Of a DNA stretch of 64,000 nucleotides, positions 41,900-57,348 are shown in pieces. The position numbers and the translations under genes are program-made. The notes below the pieces were generated by a model, which had not been told where the DNA came from, searched no databases, and saw nothing but the letters and a program-made list of their open reading frames with translations. Source of the DNA: Eledone cirrhosa (taxonomy: Eukaryota); the NCBI GenBank assembly GCA_964016885.1, contig OZ024747.1, forward strand, positions 76,880,001-76,944,000, given 5' to 3'. Within the stretch, counting starts at the first letter, position 1. Each line of letters begins with the position of its first letter.

Positions 41900-44703
41900 C
41901 ACACAAGCCAGGTAGATTATATCCTTACCAGGAGACGTGACAGAGTGTCTGTTGTAAACACTAAATCCCTCCCCCATGAAGAATGCACCTCTCAACATAG
42001 ACTCATGATTAGCGACCTCATAGTCAGGACGAGACGTATTCGACAACAGAAGAGGACTATCCTCAGGAGAAAAATATGGAAATTAAAGGACCCCACAGCC
42101 AGTAATAAATTTAAAAGCATATTACTTGATGCTTTTGATAGTAAGGAAGAGCAATTAGAGTCGCACAATATAGAGGAACAGTGGGAATTCCTGAAAGCTA
42201 ACCTGCTGAAGGCGACAGATGAAACCTGTGGCTGGAGCAGGCCTATAGGCAGGAGGAGAGTAACTTGGTGGTGGAACAGTAAGGTGGAGAGGTCAATCAA
42301 GGCAAAAAGCAGGCTTGGAAAGCATGGCGGGATGGGGGAAGTAGAGAAGACTATCAAGTGGACAGGAGGGAAGATAGGAGCCAAGTGTACTTCGCAAGAA
42401 GGGAAACAGAGGAAAGAAAGTTGAAGCATGTTCTACAACGTGAGGACCAAAAACGTGAGGTGTTCAGGATTGCTAGACAATGTGTCAAGGAAAACAGTGA
42501 TATTGTCGGGGAGAAGTGTGTCCTCAATGATGATGGTGTACTTGCCATCATTGATGCTGATAAGAAGGTAGCTTGGAAGTGTCACTATGAAAGACTACTA
42601 AATGAGGAGAATAATTGGGAGAAAGACAGTCTCCCCCACATCGACTCAATAGAGGGACCAGCAGTGCAAGTTGAAGGTATTATAATAAGTAAGGCGATCA
42701 AAGACACGAAGACGAGCAAGGCGGCCGGGCCTTCGGAAATAGTTGCAGAAATGCTGAAAGCATCTGGAACGGTGGGACACACTATGGTCACCTGGATAGT
42801 AAACCAAGTCATACAGAATGGGGTCGTTCCGAAGGACTGGCGCAGCAGCATCATCATTAACTGCTACAAGGGTAAAGGTAATGCCCTAGATAGGGGAAAC
42901 TATAGAGGCATTAAATTAATTGACCAGGTCATGAAGGTCACAGAAAAAGTAATAGCGCAACTAATCAGAGAGCGAATTGATCTAGACGAAATGCAGTTCG
43001 GGTTTGTGTCAGGTAAAAGTACAACAGATGCTCTTTTCATTGTACGACAACTACAGAAGTACCTAGCTAAAAGTAAACCCCTATACTTAGCTTTTGTTGA
43101 CTTGGAGAAAGCCTTTGACAGAGTACCCCGCTCGATTATCTGGTGGGCCCTTAGAAAACAAGGTGTTGATGAATGGCTTGTGAGAGCTATACAAGCCATG
43201 TATGAAGAAACAGTCAGCAAGGTTAGAATTAACAACGAATATAGTGAAGAGTTTAGCGTAAAAGTTGGTGTTCATCAGGGCTCCGTCCTTAGCCCCCTAC
43301 TATTTATTATTGCCCTTCAGGCTATAACAGAGGAGTTCAAGACTGGCTGCCCATGGGAACTCCTATATGCAGATGATCTAACGCTCATAGCTGAATCAAT
43401 GGCTGAACTAGAGAAGAAATTCCAAACATAGAAGCATGGCCTAGAATCAATAGGCCTTAAAGTTAACTTGTCTAAGACTAAAGTTCTAGTTTGTAGGAAG
43501 GAAAATAGGGCACCGGTCCCATCTGGGAAATGGCCATGCTCAGTGTGAAGGAAAGGAGTAGGTAGAAACTCCATTTTATGTCCCAAATGCAAAGTATGGG
43601 TATATAAAAGATGTAGTGGGATCACAGGTAAGCTAACTAAGAATATAGATTTTATATGTGGCCGGTGCTCTGGTGCAATAAGTAGCAGCAAGTGCCCAAG
43701 GAATACTAACTCATTCCATTGCACAGATGGTTCTATAGAAATAGTGGACAGCTTCCGTTACCTGGGTGACAAAATCAGCAGTGGGGGAGGGTGCTCTGAA
43801 AGTACAGTAGCTAGAGTCAGAACGGGATGGAAAAAGTTCAGAGAGCTTATACCACTATTGGCCGCTAAAGGGTTCTCTCTAAAAATGAAAGGCAGGCTGT
43901 ATGATGCCTGCATACGAACAGCAATGTTACATGGCAGTGAGACCTGGGCATTGTGTGCAGAGGATATATGCAGACTGGAGAGAAACGAAGCTTGCATGCT
44001 CCGCTGGATGTGTAATAGTAATATACGTGAACGGCAAAGCATAAACGAAGTAAGGGAGAAATTAGGAATAAGAGGGATCAGATGTTGTTTACTCGAGAGA
44101 AGACTACGTTGGTATGGTCACGTGATGCGCATGAAAGACGACAGCTGTATAAAAAAGTGCAGGGCAATAAAAATAGACGGTAGCCACGGAGTAAGCAGAC
44201 CCAGAAAAACCTGGGACGACTTGATAAATTCCGACCTCACACACTTACACCTCTCCAAGACAATGTCACTGGACCGAGATCTTTGACGCTACACAGTAAT
44301 AGAGAAGATCCGCCTTACCTAAATGCAAAGTGAAACCTACTACAGTCAGTAGGTACCTCTAACATAGTACACCCCCATCCCACTACCCCCACCCCATCCA
44401 CACCACCCCTTTCAATGTAAAGTTATGTTGGTACCACAACATCCAGCCCGAAACAAATGAGGTCGTGTAGGTGTCACGACAAAAAAACACACAGTCCACG
44501 CTGTAATGTGGCCGTGTAGGTAACACGGTAAAAACCTCCCAGTCCACACTGTAAATGTGGTTGGAGTTAGGAAGGGCATCTAGCCGTAGAAAACCCGCCA
44601 GACAGTCCTATGCGAGCAAGACAACCATTCTTGCCTCAAGTGGGAAAACTTCCGTCCAAACCCATGCAAGCGTGGAATATGGACGTTAAACGATGATGAT
44701 GAT
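41899..44703 (+). mobile_element. RTE-clade LINE, 5'-truncated and pseudogenised (APE C-terminus, RT, PHD-like insert, 3' UTR)
   Basis: SQVDYIL...QHRL (APE end), [56 protein letters not shown]. Frameshift near 42300-42360; stops at 43429, 43546 and 44284; (GAT)n tail. Confidence 0.95.
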
Positions 44704-46580
44704 ATATATATATATTATATACATAATCATTGTCATATTAACATCCACTTTCCCTGCTAGCAAGGGTTGGATGGTTCTACAAAGACCAAGTCAGTACTGA
44801 AGTGGAGTCACTGATCTCGCAGAGAGGGATCTGTGTCATACTTATGTACAGTCTCACATTCCACCGAGTGCACAAGAAAGGTTGTCATGTCTTTGACACA
44901 ACCATTTGTTTGGCAACCATTTGTTTGGCAAGATTTCAATGGCTGGATGCCCTTCCTATCAACAAACGCTTTACATATACGTACACACACATATATATAT
45001 ATATATCCACTCACCTTCGAAATGGCTTGAGCACTATTTACAGTACATATACTCTAATTTCTCAAGTATTGAGTCCTTAGCTGAATATGGTCTTACTAGT
45101 CTAAACTTGTAACTCCCAATCTATCTATCTACGCAAAATATAAATGGAATAACAAAACAAACAAGACAGTATAATAAAAAATACATTAGTTTAACGCTTG
45201 ATATAGTAGCAATGCATGTGTGTATGAAAGATTTTTTCATGCAAACATGTCATAGTGAAGACATGTCATAGTGAAGACATGTCATAGTGAAGACATGACT
45301 GTGTTGAAGTCTTTTAAAGATTTTTCCATATCTCCTGTTTCATCATTTATGTTTAGTTTAGAAGAGGTTCATTAACATTGTAAGGTCTTCTTACCCTAAT
45401 TATCAAAATGAAGTGAAAGTAATGGTGAGTTGCTACCATCTATTGACATAGCAAGCAGCAATATATGGGAATGTCTTCTTTGACAACTTATTCCTGAGAG
45501 GTTATAGGGGGAAGAGTTATCAAACACTCCTTCCAGCAGGTCCTATCAGAAGCAACAGTTTCTAACTAATCCGGCTGGATCCCCAAGTGAGAAAAGCCAA
45601 GTTATTGGATGTCATCCAACAATCTTGCTTGGGGTCTACCCTTCGAGCCTTTTGCCAGTTGGTTTTGCCCATAAAATCTGTCCAGTAACAGATTAAATCA
45701 ACATTATCAGATTTAAGAATACTTCTGGGTCAACATCATGTATAATTTATCTTCCATTAATTTTGGTTTGTATTTACTTAACATCCTCTAACACATGAAA
45801 CTATATTAACAAGACATCCTAGATAGGCATAAAACATCACTATGACTGCATCACATAAAAAATTAAAGCCTTTACTTTAGTTTGCCATAAATTTCCAGTA
45901 TGATCTCCATCCACTAGTAAAGATACTATAAACATTTGAATTTACAAAATACATGAAACTACATTTACAAGTAATTCTTGGAAAATACAAAACATATTTT
46001 CTGCTAAATCATTACAGAATGTTAAAAGTTAAAATTCTTATGAATGGCATTGCCATAACTCCAGAGAAAGTCATAGGGGTACCTCATTAACATACATTGT
46101 TTCTAAGGAATTTCTAAACTTGGTAGAGCCCATCCCTCTTAAGGTCTGAATACAGCAGATTTCTTCCAGGGAAAGAGAGTGAAAGAATGCAGTGAAAAAG
46201 AGATATAGAGGAGGAATCAACCCCAGTACTAGACTGGTAATTATTTTTTTAACAAAACTTAATTGAATGAAAGGCAAAGTTGACCCTGGAAAACTTATAA
46301 CATAATTTGTGTGTAGATTTCTATAGTTTTTCATTCAAGGTGTTACAATATCTGATTTGTGTAAATGCATAGTCAAACGAGGAGAAAGTGTTGTTCTGTA
46401 TCCAAAGCAAACATTTCAGTTATGAAGTTTACAACATATTGATATTGAAATTTGTATATCACACAGACTAGCTGAATGAAGTAGCTTTGCTTAACATACA
46501 CAGTTATGTAGGTTCATATTGACTTGGTATTTGTTTGAAATATAATCCATGAGTTTGTGGTAAGATGTCACATGTGTTAC

Positions 46581-46650
<70 letters not shown>

Positions 46651-46726
46651 TTCAAGCACATAATATATGAAGCAATGTTTTACACCCAGACACCCTTACT
46701 GACATTAATTCTTTTAGCAGCTTATA

Positions 46727-46814
<88 letters not shown>

Positions 46815-46827
46815 TATATATATACAC

Positions 46828-46860
<33 letters not shown>

Positions 46861-47823
46861 TATATATATATACACACACATATATATATATATACACATA
46901 TATATATATATATATACACACATATATATATATATATACACACATATATATATATATATACACATATATATATATATATATATACACATATATATATATA
47001 TATATACACACATATATATATATATATACACATAAATATATATATATATACACACATATATATATATATATACACATATATATATATACACACATATATA
47101 TATACACATATATATATATATAGATATACATACACATATATATATATAGATAAACATACACATATATATAGACAGACATATATATATACATATACACATA
47201 TATATATATAGACATACATATATATATACATATACATATATATATATACATATACATATATATAGACATACATATATATATACATATACATATATATATA
47301 CATATACATATATATAGACATACATATATATATACATATACATATACATATATATATATACATATACATATATATACATATATATATACATATACATATA
47401 TATATACATATACATATATATATATATACATATACATATATATACATATACATATATATATACATATACATATATACATATACATATATATACATATATA
47501 TATATACATATATATATATACATATATATACATATATATATATACATATATATACATATATATATACATATACATATATATATACATATACATATATATA
47601 CATACACATATATACATATATATATACACATATACATATATATATATACACATATACATATATATATATATACATATATATATATACACATATATATATA
47701 TACATATATATATATATACACATATATATATAAACACATATATATATACACATATATATATATATACATATATATATACACATATATATATATATACATA
47801 TATATATATACATGTATATATAC

Positions 47824-47856
<33 letters not shown>

Positions 47857-47993
47857 CATATATATATATACATATATGTATACATGTATATATACATATA
47901 TATATATATACATATATATATATATTATATATATATACATATATATATATATGTTATATATATACATATATATACATATATATATATACATAT

Positions 47994-48345
47994 GGAGGCA
48001 CATGGCTTAGTGGTTAGAGCATTGGCCTTGCAATCGAAAGGTTGTGAGTTCAATTCTCAGACCGGGTGATGTGTTGTTTCGTTGAGCAAGGCACTTTATT
48101 TCACATTGCTCCAGTTTACTCAGCTGTAGAAATGAGATGATAGGGACTGGGCTCCCTATCATTCCACTGCAAAGTGGTCGTGGAGGTGTCACGGCAAAAA
48201 ATCACCCAGCACTCACTGTAAATGAGGTTGGTGTTAGGAAGGGCATCCAGCTGTAGAAATCAAGCCAGAATCAGTTCCCGTCCCACCCTTGCAAGCAGGG
48301 AAAAGTGGACGTAAAATGAAATGATGATGATGATGAAATGATGAT
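47994..48345 (+). mobile_element. Full-length tRNA-derived CORE-like SINE with RTE-derived tail
   Basis: A box TGGCTTAGTGG, B box GAGTTCAATTC, core TTGAGCAAGGCACTTTATTTCAC, and a tail matching the RTE fragment at 18879-18925. Confidence 0.9.
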
Positions 48346-48380
48346 ATATATAGATTATGTATATATATACATATATATAT

Positions 48381-48720
48381 ATCATCATTTCATCATCATT
48401 TCATTTTACGTCCGCTTTTCCCTGCTTGCAAGGGTGGGACGGGAACTGATTTTGGCTTGATTTCTACAGCTGGATGCCCTTCCTAACACCAACCTCATTT
48501 ACAGTGAGTGCTGGGTGCTTTTTTGCCGTGGCACCTCCACGACCACTTTGCAGTGGAATGATAGGGACCCCAGTCCCTATCATCTCATTTCTACAGCTGA
48601 GTAAACTGGAGCAATGTGAAATAAAGTGTCTTGCTCAAGGAAACAACACATCACCCGGTCTGAGAATTGAACTCACAACCTTTCGATTGCAAGGCCAATG
48701 CTCTAACCACTAAGCCATGT
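48381..48720 (-). mobile_element. Second copy of the same SINE, inverted and tail-to-tail
   Basis: Reverse complement of 47994-48345 with few substitutions. Confidence 0.9.
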
Positions 48721-49147
48721 ATATATGTATATATACATATATATATATACATTATGTATATATATACATATATATATATATATATGTAGATTATGTATAT
48801 ATATATAGATTATGTATATATATACATATATATATATATATACATATATATATACATATACATATATATACATATACATATATATATACATATACATATA
48901 TATACATATATATGCATATATATATATATACATATATATGCATATATATATATATACATATATATGCATATATATATACATATACATATATATACATATA
49001 CGTATATATATATATACATATACATATATATATATATACATATACATATATATATACATATATATATATACACATATACATATATATATACATACATATA
49101 TATATACATATACATATATATACATATACATATATATATATACATAC

Positions 49148-49180
<33 letters not shown>

Positions 49181-49268
49181 CATACATATATACATACATA
49201 TATATATATACATACATATATATCTATATATATCTATATATATACATACATATATATCTATATATTAG

Positions 49269-49487
49269 TGAAGGCGTGTGGCTGAGTGGTTAGAGAATTG
49301 GATTCGCAATTGTAAGGTTGTGAGTTCGATTCCTGGACCAGGCGATGCGTTATGTCCTTGAGCAAGACACTTTATTTCACGTTGCTCCTTCTACCTGGAG
49401 TTGCGACCGATAGATAGTATTAGCAATTGGAAAGACCAACGGAAACATTGTTCCCTCGGTCCGATTTGACGAAAGTCGATCGTCTAA
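49269..49487 (+). mobile_element. tRNA-derived CORE-like SINE
   Basis: GAAGGCGTGTGGCTGAGTGGTTAGAG...GAGTTCGATTCC...CCTTGAGCAAGACACTTTATTTCAC. Confidence 0.85.
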
Positions 49488-49606
49488 AATATATCTATAC
49501 ATACATATATATATATATACATATATATACATATACATATATATACATATACATATATACATATATATATATATACATTATATATATATATACATTATAT
49601 ATATAC

Positions 49607-49659
<53 letters not shown>

Positions 49660-49983
49660 CATTATATATATATATATAGATTATAAATATATATACACAA
49701 ATATATATACACACATATATATATATATATATATGCATATACATATATACACACACATATATATATATATACATATATACACACACATATATATATATAC
49801 ACATATACATATATACACACACATATATATATATACATATATACATATATACACACACATATATATATATACACATATATATATACACATATATATACAT
49901 ATATATATATACATATGTATATACATACATATATATATACATACATATATACATATATATATATACCTATATATATATACCTA

Positions 49984-50024
<41 letters not shown>

Positions 50025-50264
50025 ACATATATACATATACATATATACATATACATATATACATATATATATATACATATATATACATATATACATATTC
50101 ATATATACATATACATATACATATATATATATACATATATATATATACATATATATATATACATATATATATATACATATATATATATACATATATATAT
50201 ATACATATATATATATACATATATATATATACATATATATATATACATATATACATATATATAC

Positions 50265-50334
<70 letters not shown>

Positions 50335-50633
50335 TTATATATACATATATATATATATACATATACATACATATAAATACACATATATATATACATATAT
50401 ATACATATATATATTCATCATCATCTTCGTTTAACGTCCACTTTCCACGCTAGCATGGGTTAGACGGGAGTTGTCCCACTTGAGGCAAGGTTGGTCGGGT
50501 GACCGTGTCTCGCTCATATATATATACATATATATATATACATATACATACATATATATACACATATATATATACATATATATATATACATATACATATA
50601 TATACATATATATACATATACATATATATACAT

Positions 50634-50667
<34 letters not shown>

Positions 50668-50670
50668 ATT

Positions 50671-50732
<62 letters not shown>

Positions 50733-50913
50733 CATATATATATACACATATATATACATATATATATATATACATATATATATATACATATATATATATA
50801 CATATATATACATATATATATACATATATATATATACATATATATACATATATATATACATATATATATATATATACATATATATACATATATATATATA
50901 TACATATATATAC

Positions 50914-50958
<45 letters not shown>

Positions 50959-51061
50959 CATATATATATATATACATACATATACATATATATATACATA
51001 TATATATATATACATATATATACATATATATATACATATATATATATATATACATATATAC

Positions 51062-51094
<33 letters not shown>

Positions 51095-51189
51095 CATATA
51101 TATATACATATATAAATAAACATATATATATACATATATATATATATATACATATACATATACATATATAAATAAACATATATATATAC

Positions 51190-51221
<32 letters not shown>

Positions 51222-51247
51222 ATACATATATATATATATACATATAC

Positions 51248-51280
<33 letters not shown>

Positions 51281-51300
51281 GATATACATATATATATATA

Positions 51301-52976
51301 CATCATCATCATCATCATCTTCAGGTTTAGCGTCCGTGTTCCACGCTTGCATGGGTTTGGACGGGGGTTTTCCCACTTGAGGCAAGAGTGGTTGTCTTGC
51401 TCGCATAGGACTGTCTGGCGGGTTTTCTACAGCTGGATGCCCTTCCTAACACCAACCACATTTACAGTGTGGGGCTGGGAGGTTTTTACCGTGTTGCCTA
51501 CACGGCCACATTTACAGCGTGGACTGTGTGTTTTTTGTCGTGACACCTACACGATCTCATTTGTTTCGGCCTGGATGTTGTGGGACCAACATAACTTTAC
51601 ATTGAAAGGGGCGGTGTGGGTGGGGTGGAGGTGGTGGGACGGGGGTGTGTTTTGATAGAGATGCCTACTGACTGTAGTAGGTTTTTACTTTGTATTTAGG
51701 TAAGGCGGGTCTTCTCTATTACTGAGTACCGCCAAAGGTCTCGGTCCAGTGACATTGTCTTGGAGAGGTGTAAGCGTGTGAGGTCGGAATTTATCAGCTC
51801 GTCCCATGTTTTTCTGGGTCTGCCTACTCCGTGGCTACCGTCTATCTTTATTGCCCTGCACTTTGTTATACAGCTGTCGTCTTTCATGCGCATCACGTGA
51901 CCGTACCAACGTAGCCTTATCTCGAGTAAACAACATCTGATCCCTCTTATTTCTAATTTTTTCCTTAGTTCGTTTATGCTTTGCCGTTCACGTATATTAC
52001 TATTGCACATCCAGCGGAGCATGCAAGCTTCGTTCCTCTCTAGTTTGCGTATATCCTCTGCACACAATGCCCAGGTCTCACTGCCATGCAGCATTGCTGT
52101 TCGTATGCAGGCATCGTATAACCTGCCTTTCATTTTTAGGGAGAACCCTCTAGCGGCTAATAGTGGTATAAGCTCTCTGAACTTTTTCCATCCAGTTCTG
52201 ACTCTAGCTACTGTACTTTCAGAGCACCCTCCCCCACTGCTGATTTTGTCACCCAGATAACGGAAGCTGTCCACTATTTCTATAGAACCCTCTGCGCAGT
52301 TGAAGGAGCTAGTATTTTGTGGGCACTTGCTGCTACTTATTGCACCAGAGCACCGGCCACATGTAAAATCTATGTTCTTAGTTAGCTTACCTGTGATCCC
52401 ACTACATCTTTTATGCACCCATACTTTGCATTTGGGACATAAAATGGAGTTTCTACCTACGCCTTTCCTACACACTGAGCATGGCCATTTCCCCGATGGG
52501 ACCGCCGCCTTATTTTCTTTCCTACAAACTAGAACTTTAGTCTTAGCCAGGTTAATTTTAAGGCCTTTTGATTCTAGGCCGTGCTTCCACGTTTGGAATT
52601 TCTTCTCTAGTTCGGTCATTGATTCAGCTATGAGCGTTAGATCATCTGCGTATAGGAGTTCCCATGGGCAGCCGGTCTTGAACTCCTCTGTTATAGCCTG
52701 AAGGGCAATAATAAATAGTAGGGGGCTAAGAACAGAGCCCTGATGGACACCAACTTTTACGCTAAACTCTTCACTATATTCGTTGTTAATTCTAACCTTA
52801 CTGACTGTTTCTTTATACATGGCTTGTATAGCTCTCACAAGCCATTCGTCAACACCTAGTTTTCTAAGAGACCACCAGATAATGGAACGGGGGACTCTGT
52901 CGAAGGCTTTCTCCAAGTCGACGAAAGCTAAGTATAGGGGTTTACTTTTAGCTAGGTACTTCTCCTGTAGTTGTCG
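51301..52976 (-). mobile_element. RTE-clade LINE, 5'-truncated, uninterrupted partial RT ORF (51696-52976)
   Basis: Open frame from [10 protein letters not shown] to IEKTRLT* with DLEKAFD, QGSVLSP, YADD and FRYLG. Same family as 41899-44703; 3' UTR and (GAT)n tail present. Confidence 0.95.
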
Positions 52977-53094
52977 ATATATATATATATACATACATAT
53001 ATATATATACATATACATATATATATATACATATATATATATACATATATATATATATACATATATATATATACATATATATATATACATATAC

Positions 53095-53128
<34 letters not shown>

Positions 53129-53160
53129 ATATACATATACATATATATATATACATATAC

Positions 53161-53220
<60 letters not shown>

Positions 53221-53254
53221 ATATACATATACATATATATATATATACATATAC

Positions 53255-53288
<34 letters not shown>

Positions 53289-53320
53289 ATATACATATAC
53301 ATATATACATATACATATAC

Positions 53321-53354
<34 letters not shown>

Positions 53355-53428
53355 ATATACATATACATATATACATATACATATATATATATACATATAT
53401 ATATATACATATACATATATATATATAC

Positions 53429-53601
<173 letters not shown>

Positions 53602-53768
53602 TTATATATACATATATATATACATATATATATACATATATATACATATATATATATATACATATATATATATACATACATATATATATACATCATCATC
53701 ATCGTATATATACATATATATATATACAAATATATATATACACATACATATACATATATATATATACT

Positions 53769-53814
<46 letters not shown>

Positions 53815-54027
53815 CATATATATACATATATATACATATATATATATACATATATATACATATATATATACATATAAATACATATATATATATACATATA
53901 TACATATATATATATATACATATATATACATATATATATATACATATATATACATATATATATATACATATAAATACATATATATATATACATATATATA
54001 TACATATATATATATACATATATATAC

Positions 54028-54058
<31 letters not shown>

Positions 54059-54069
54059 CATATATATAC

Positions 54070-54104
<35 letters not shown>

Positions 54105-54207
54105 CATATATATACATATATATATATATATACACATATATATACATACACATATATATACATATACATATATATATATACATATACATATATACATATA
54201 TATATAC

Positions 54208-54298
<91 letters not shown>

Positions 54299-54386
54299 TA
54301 TACATATTTATATACATATAACGGCGATGAATTAGTTTTGCGAGGTTTTTTATATGAAATCGTGTCTCGAAACAAATATAGTTATA

Positions 54387-55032
54387 CTTGGGGAGGGTCA
54401 TATTTGTGTAATATTGCCAGAATTAATAACAGAACACACTCACTGTTTGGTTGGTTTTCGCTTCTGTGTCTTTTATGTCGGTAATCTAATTTATTCGGTC
54501 CTCAATGTTGTCATTGACAGACCAGTGGTCAAAAATACAGATACAATATAGACACACATATATATAGTTTATCAAAGTTCTTTCGTTGCACGTCTGAAAC
54601 ATCGTCAGTGGTGCTATTGTTTCCTCCTGTTACATTGTATTTTCTACGCCATCTTTATTTAGTCTGTTTATATATTTATTTATTTGTTTATTTTATTTTG
54701 TCTTCTTTGCGCATGCGTTTGCGTGTGTGTATAGTGTTTTGTTTGATGTCTGTTCGTAATTGGGTGACTGTGTATTGGTTAATCTATTCTATCTTTACTG
54801 GTGTGTGTTTATATGTGTTTGTTGTTATTGTGCTTCTGTATGTATTTATTTATTTATTTATACTTCCCTTAGGTCAGTGTTGTTTGTTTGGGTGTTGTTG
54901 TTATTCCATTCATTCTTTCTGTTTAGCCTTGGCCTTCTAAGTTCTATTTCACTGGCCTCTCTGATTTGCCTATCTGTGAGTGTGTTCTGTTATTAATTCT
55001 GGCAATATTACACAAATATGACCCTCCCCAAG
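54387..55032. mobile_element. 646-bp element with 57-bp perfect terminal inverted repeats, TA-flanked (MITE-like)
   Basis: 54387-54443 (CTTGGGGAGGGTCATATTTGTG...ACACTCAC) is the reverse complement of 54976-55032. Confidence 0.8.
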
Positions 55033-55140
55033 TATATGTATATATATATATATACATATATATATACATTATGTATATATATACATATATATATATACAT
55101 TATGTATATATATACATATATATACATATATATATACATT

Positions 55141-55172
<32 letters not shown>

Positions 55173-55409
55173 CATTATGTATATATATACATATATATAT
55201 ATACATATACATTATGTATATATATACATATATATATATATACATATATATATACATTATGTATATATATACATATATATATATACATATACATTATGTA
55301 TATATATACATATATAAATATACATATATATATACATTTATATATATATATATATACATTATGTATATATATATATACATATATATATATACATATATAT
55401 ATACATTTA

Positions 55410-55443
<34 letters not shown>

Positions 55444-55562
55444 CATATATATATACATATATATATATATACATATATATATACATATATATATATACAT
55501 ATATATATACATATATATATATACATATATATATACATATATATATATACATATATATATAC

Positions 55563-55612
<50 letters not shown>

Positions 55613-55841
55613 GTATATATATATACATATGTATATATATATACATGTATATATATATATACATATATATATATATACATTATATATATATATATACATA
55701 TATAAATATATATACATATATATATATATACATTATATATATATATACATTATATATATATACATATATATATATATACATATATATATATACATTATAT
55801 ATATATATAGATTATATATATATATATACACAAATATATAT

Positions 55842-55914
<73 letters not shown>

Positions 55915-55994
55915 TATATACATATGGAGGCACATGGCTTAGTGGTTAGAGCGTCGGCTTGCAATCAAAATATATATATAGTTATACATATATA

Positions 55995-56056
<62 letters not shown>

Positions 56057-56093
56057 TATATACATATATATATATACATATATATATATATAC

Positions 56094-56126
<33 letters not shown>

Positions 56127-56418
56127 CATAGACCACAGCCCATATATAAATACATACATATATACATAGAATATATATTTACATATATATATATATAAAT
56201 ATAAAAATAATGATAATAATATTGATGAGGTGTTAAGTTTTCATTACATTTATTGAGCTGTGACACGCACTTCATGATTGATCGGTTCAAGCTCCGATCT
56301 GTATTGATCGGGCCTGACTCTGGAATCAAAAGCTTGTCGAACCTCTTGTCATAAAGACAGAATGATTCACTTACAGAAAATATATAAATATAATTATATA
56401 TATATACATATGTGTGTA

Positions 56419-56462
<44 letters not shown>

Positions 56463-56506
56463 TGTGTATATATATATATATACATATATGTATATACATG
56501 TGTGTA

Positions 56507-56566
<60 letters not shown>

Positions 56567-56670
56567 CATGTGTGTATATATGTGTATATATATATATATA
56601 TACATATGTGTGTATATATATATATACATATGTGTGTATATATGTGTATATATATATATATATATACACA

Positions 56671-56702
<32 letters not shown>

Positions 56703-56847
56703 CATATGTGTGTATATATGTGTGTATATATATATATATATACGTGTGTATATATGTGTATATATATATATATATATACATGTGTATAAACATGTATATA
56801 TATGTGTATAAACATGTATATATGTGTATATATATATATATATGTAC

Positions 56848-56898
<51 letters not shown>

Positions 56899-56961
56899 CA
56901 TAAACATGTATATATATACATGTGTATAAACATGTATATATATATATGTGTACAAACATGT

Positions 56962-57091
<130 letters not shown>

Positions 57092-57131
57092 TTCAAAATA
57101 TTACCAAAATAGATATTCTTGTGATCAAGTA

Positions 57132-57198
57132 TATTTTATTATACATATTTCAGAGGTACTGAGTTAAGTTCAACAGTACGTCCTCATCAGATAGAATA
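57132..57198 (-). ncRNA. Minimal type I hammerhead ribozyme (Penelope-associated type)
   Basis: TATTCTAT-CTGATGA-GGAcGTACTG(loop)CAGTACcTCT-GAAA-T ATGT A-TA-ATAAAATA: intact core, stem I 7/8 paired, stem II, minimal stem III. Confidence 0.75.
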
Positions 57199-57317
57199 AG
57201 ATGATGCATGACATACCCTGACATAGTAGATGGTTAAAATTCAGACATGTTGAGTGCTTACAATCTATTGTAAAACTCATTCTTTGATTTATTAATTGAA
57301 CCTCGTTTAACTTTTAA

Positions 57318-57345
<28 letters not shown>

Positions 57346-57348
<3 letters not shown>

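Noticed and set aside
55926-55967. tRNA gene
   Set aside because: Truncated SINE head with A box only; the heads at 47994 and 49269 continue into SINE bodies and do not close a cloverleaf
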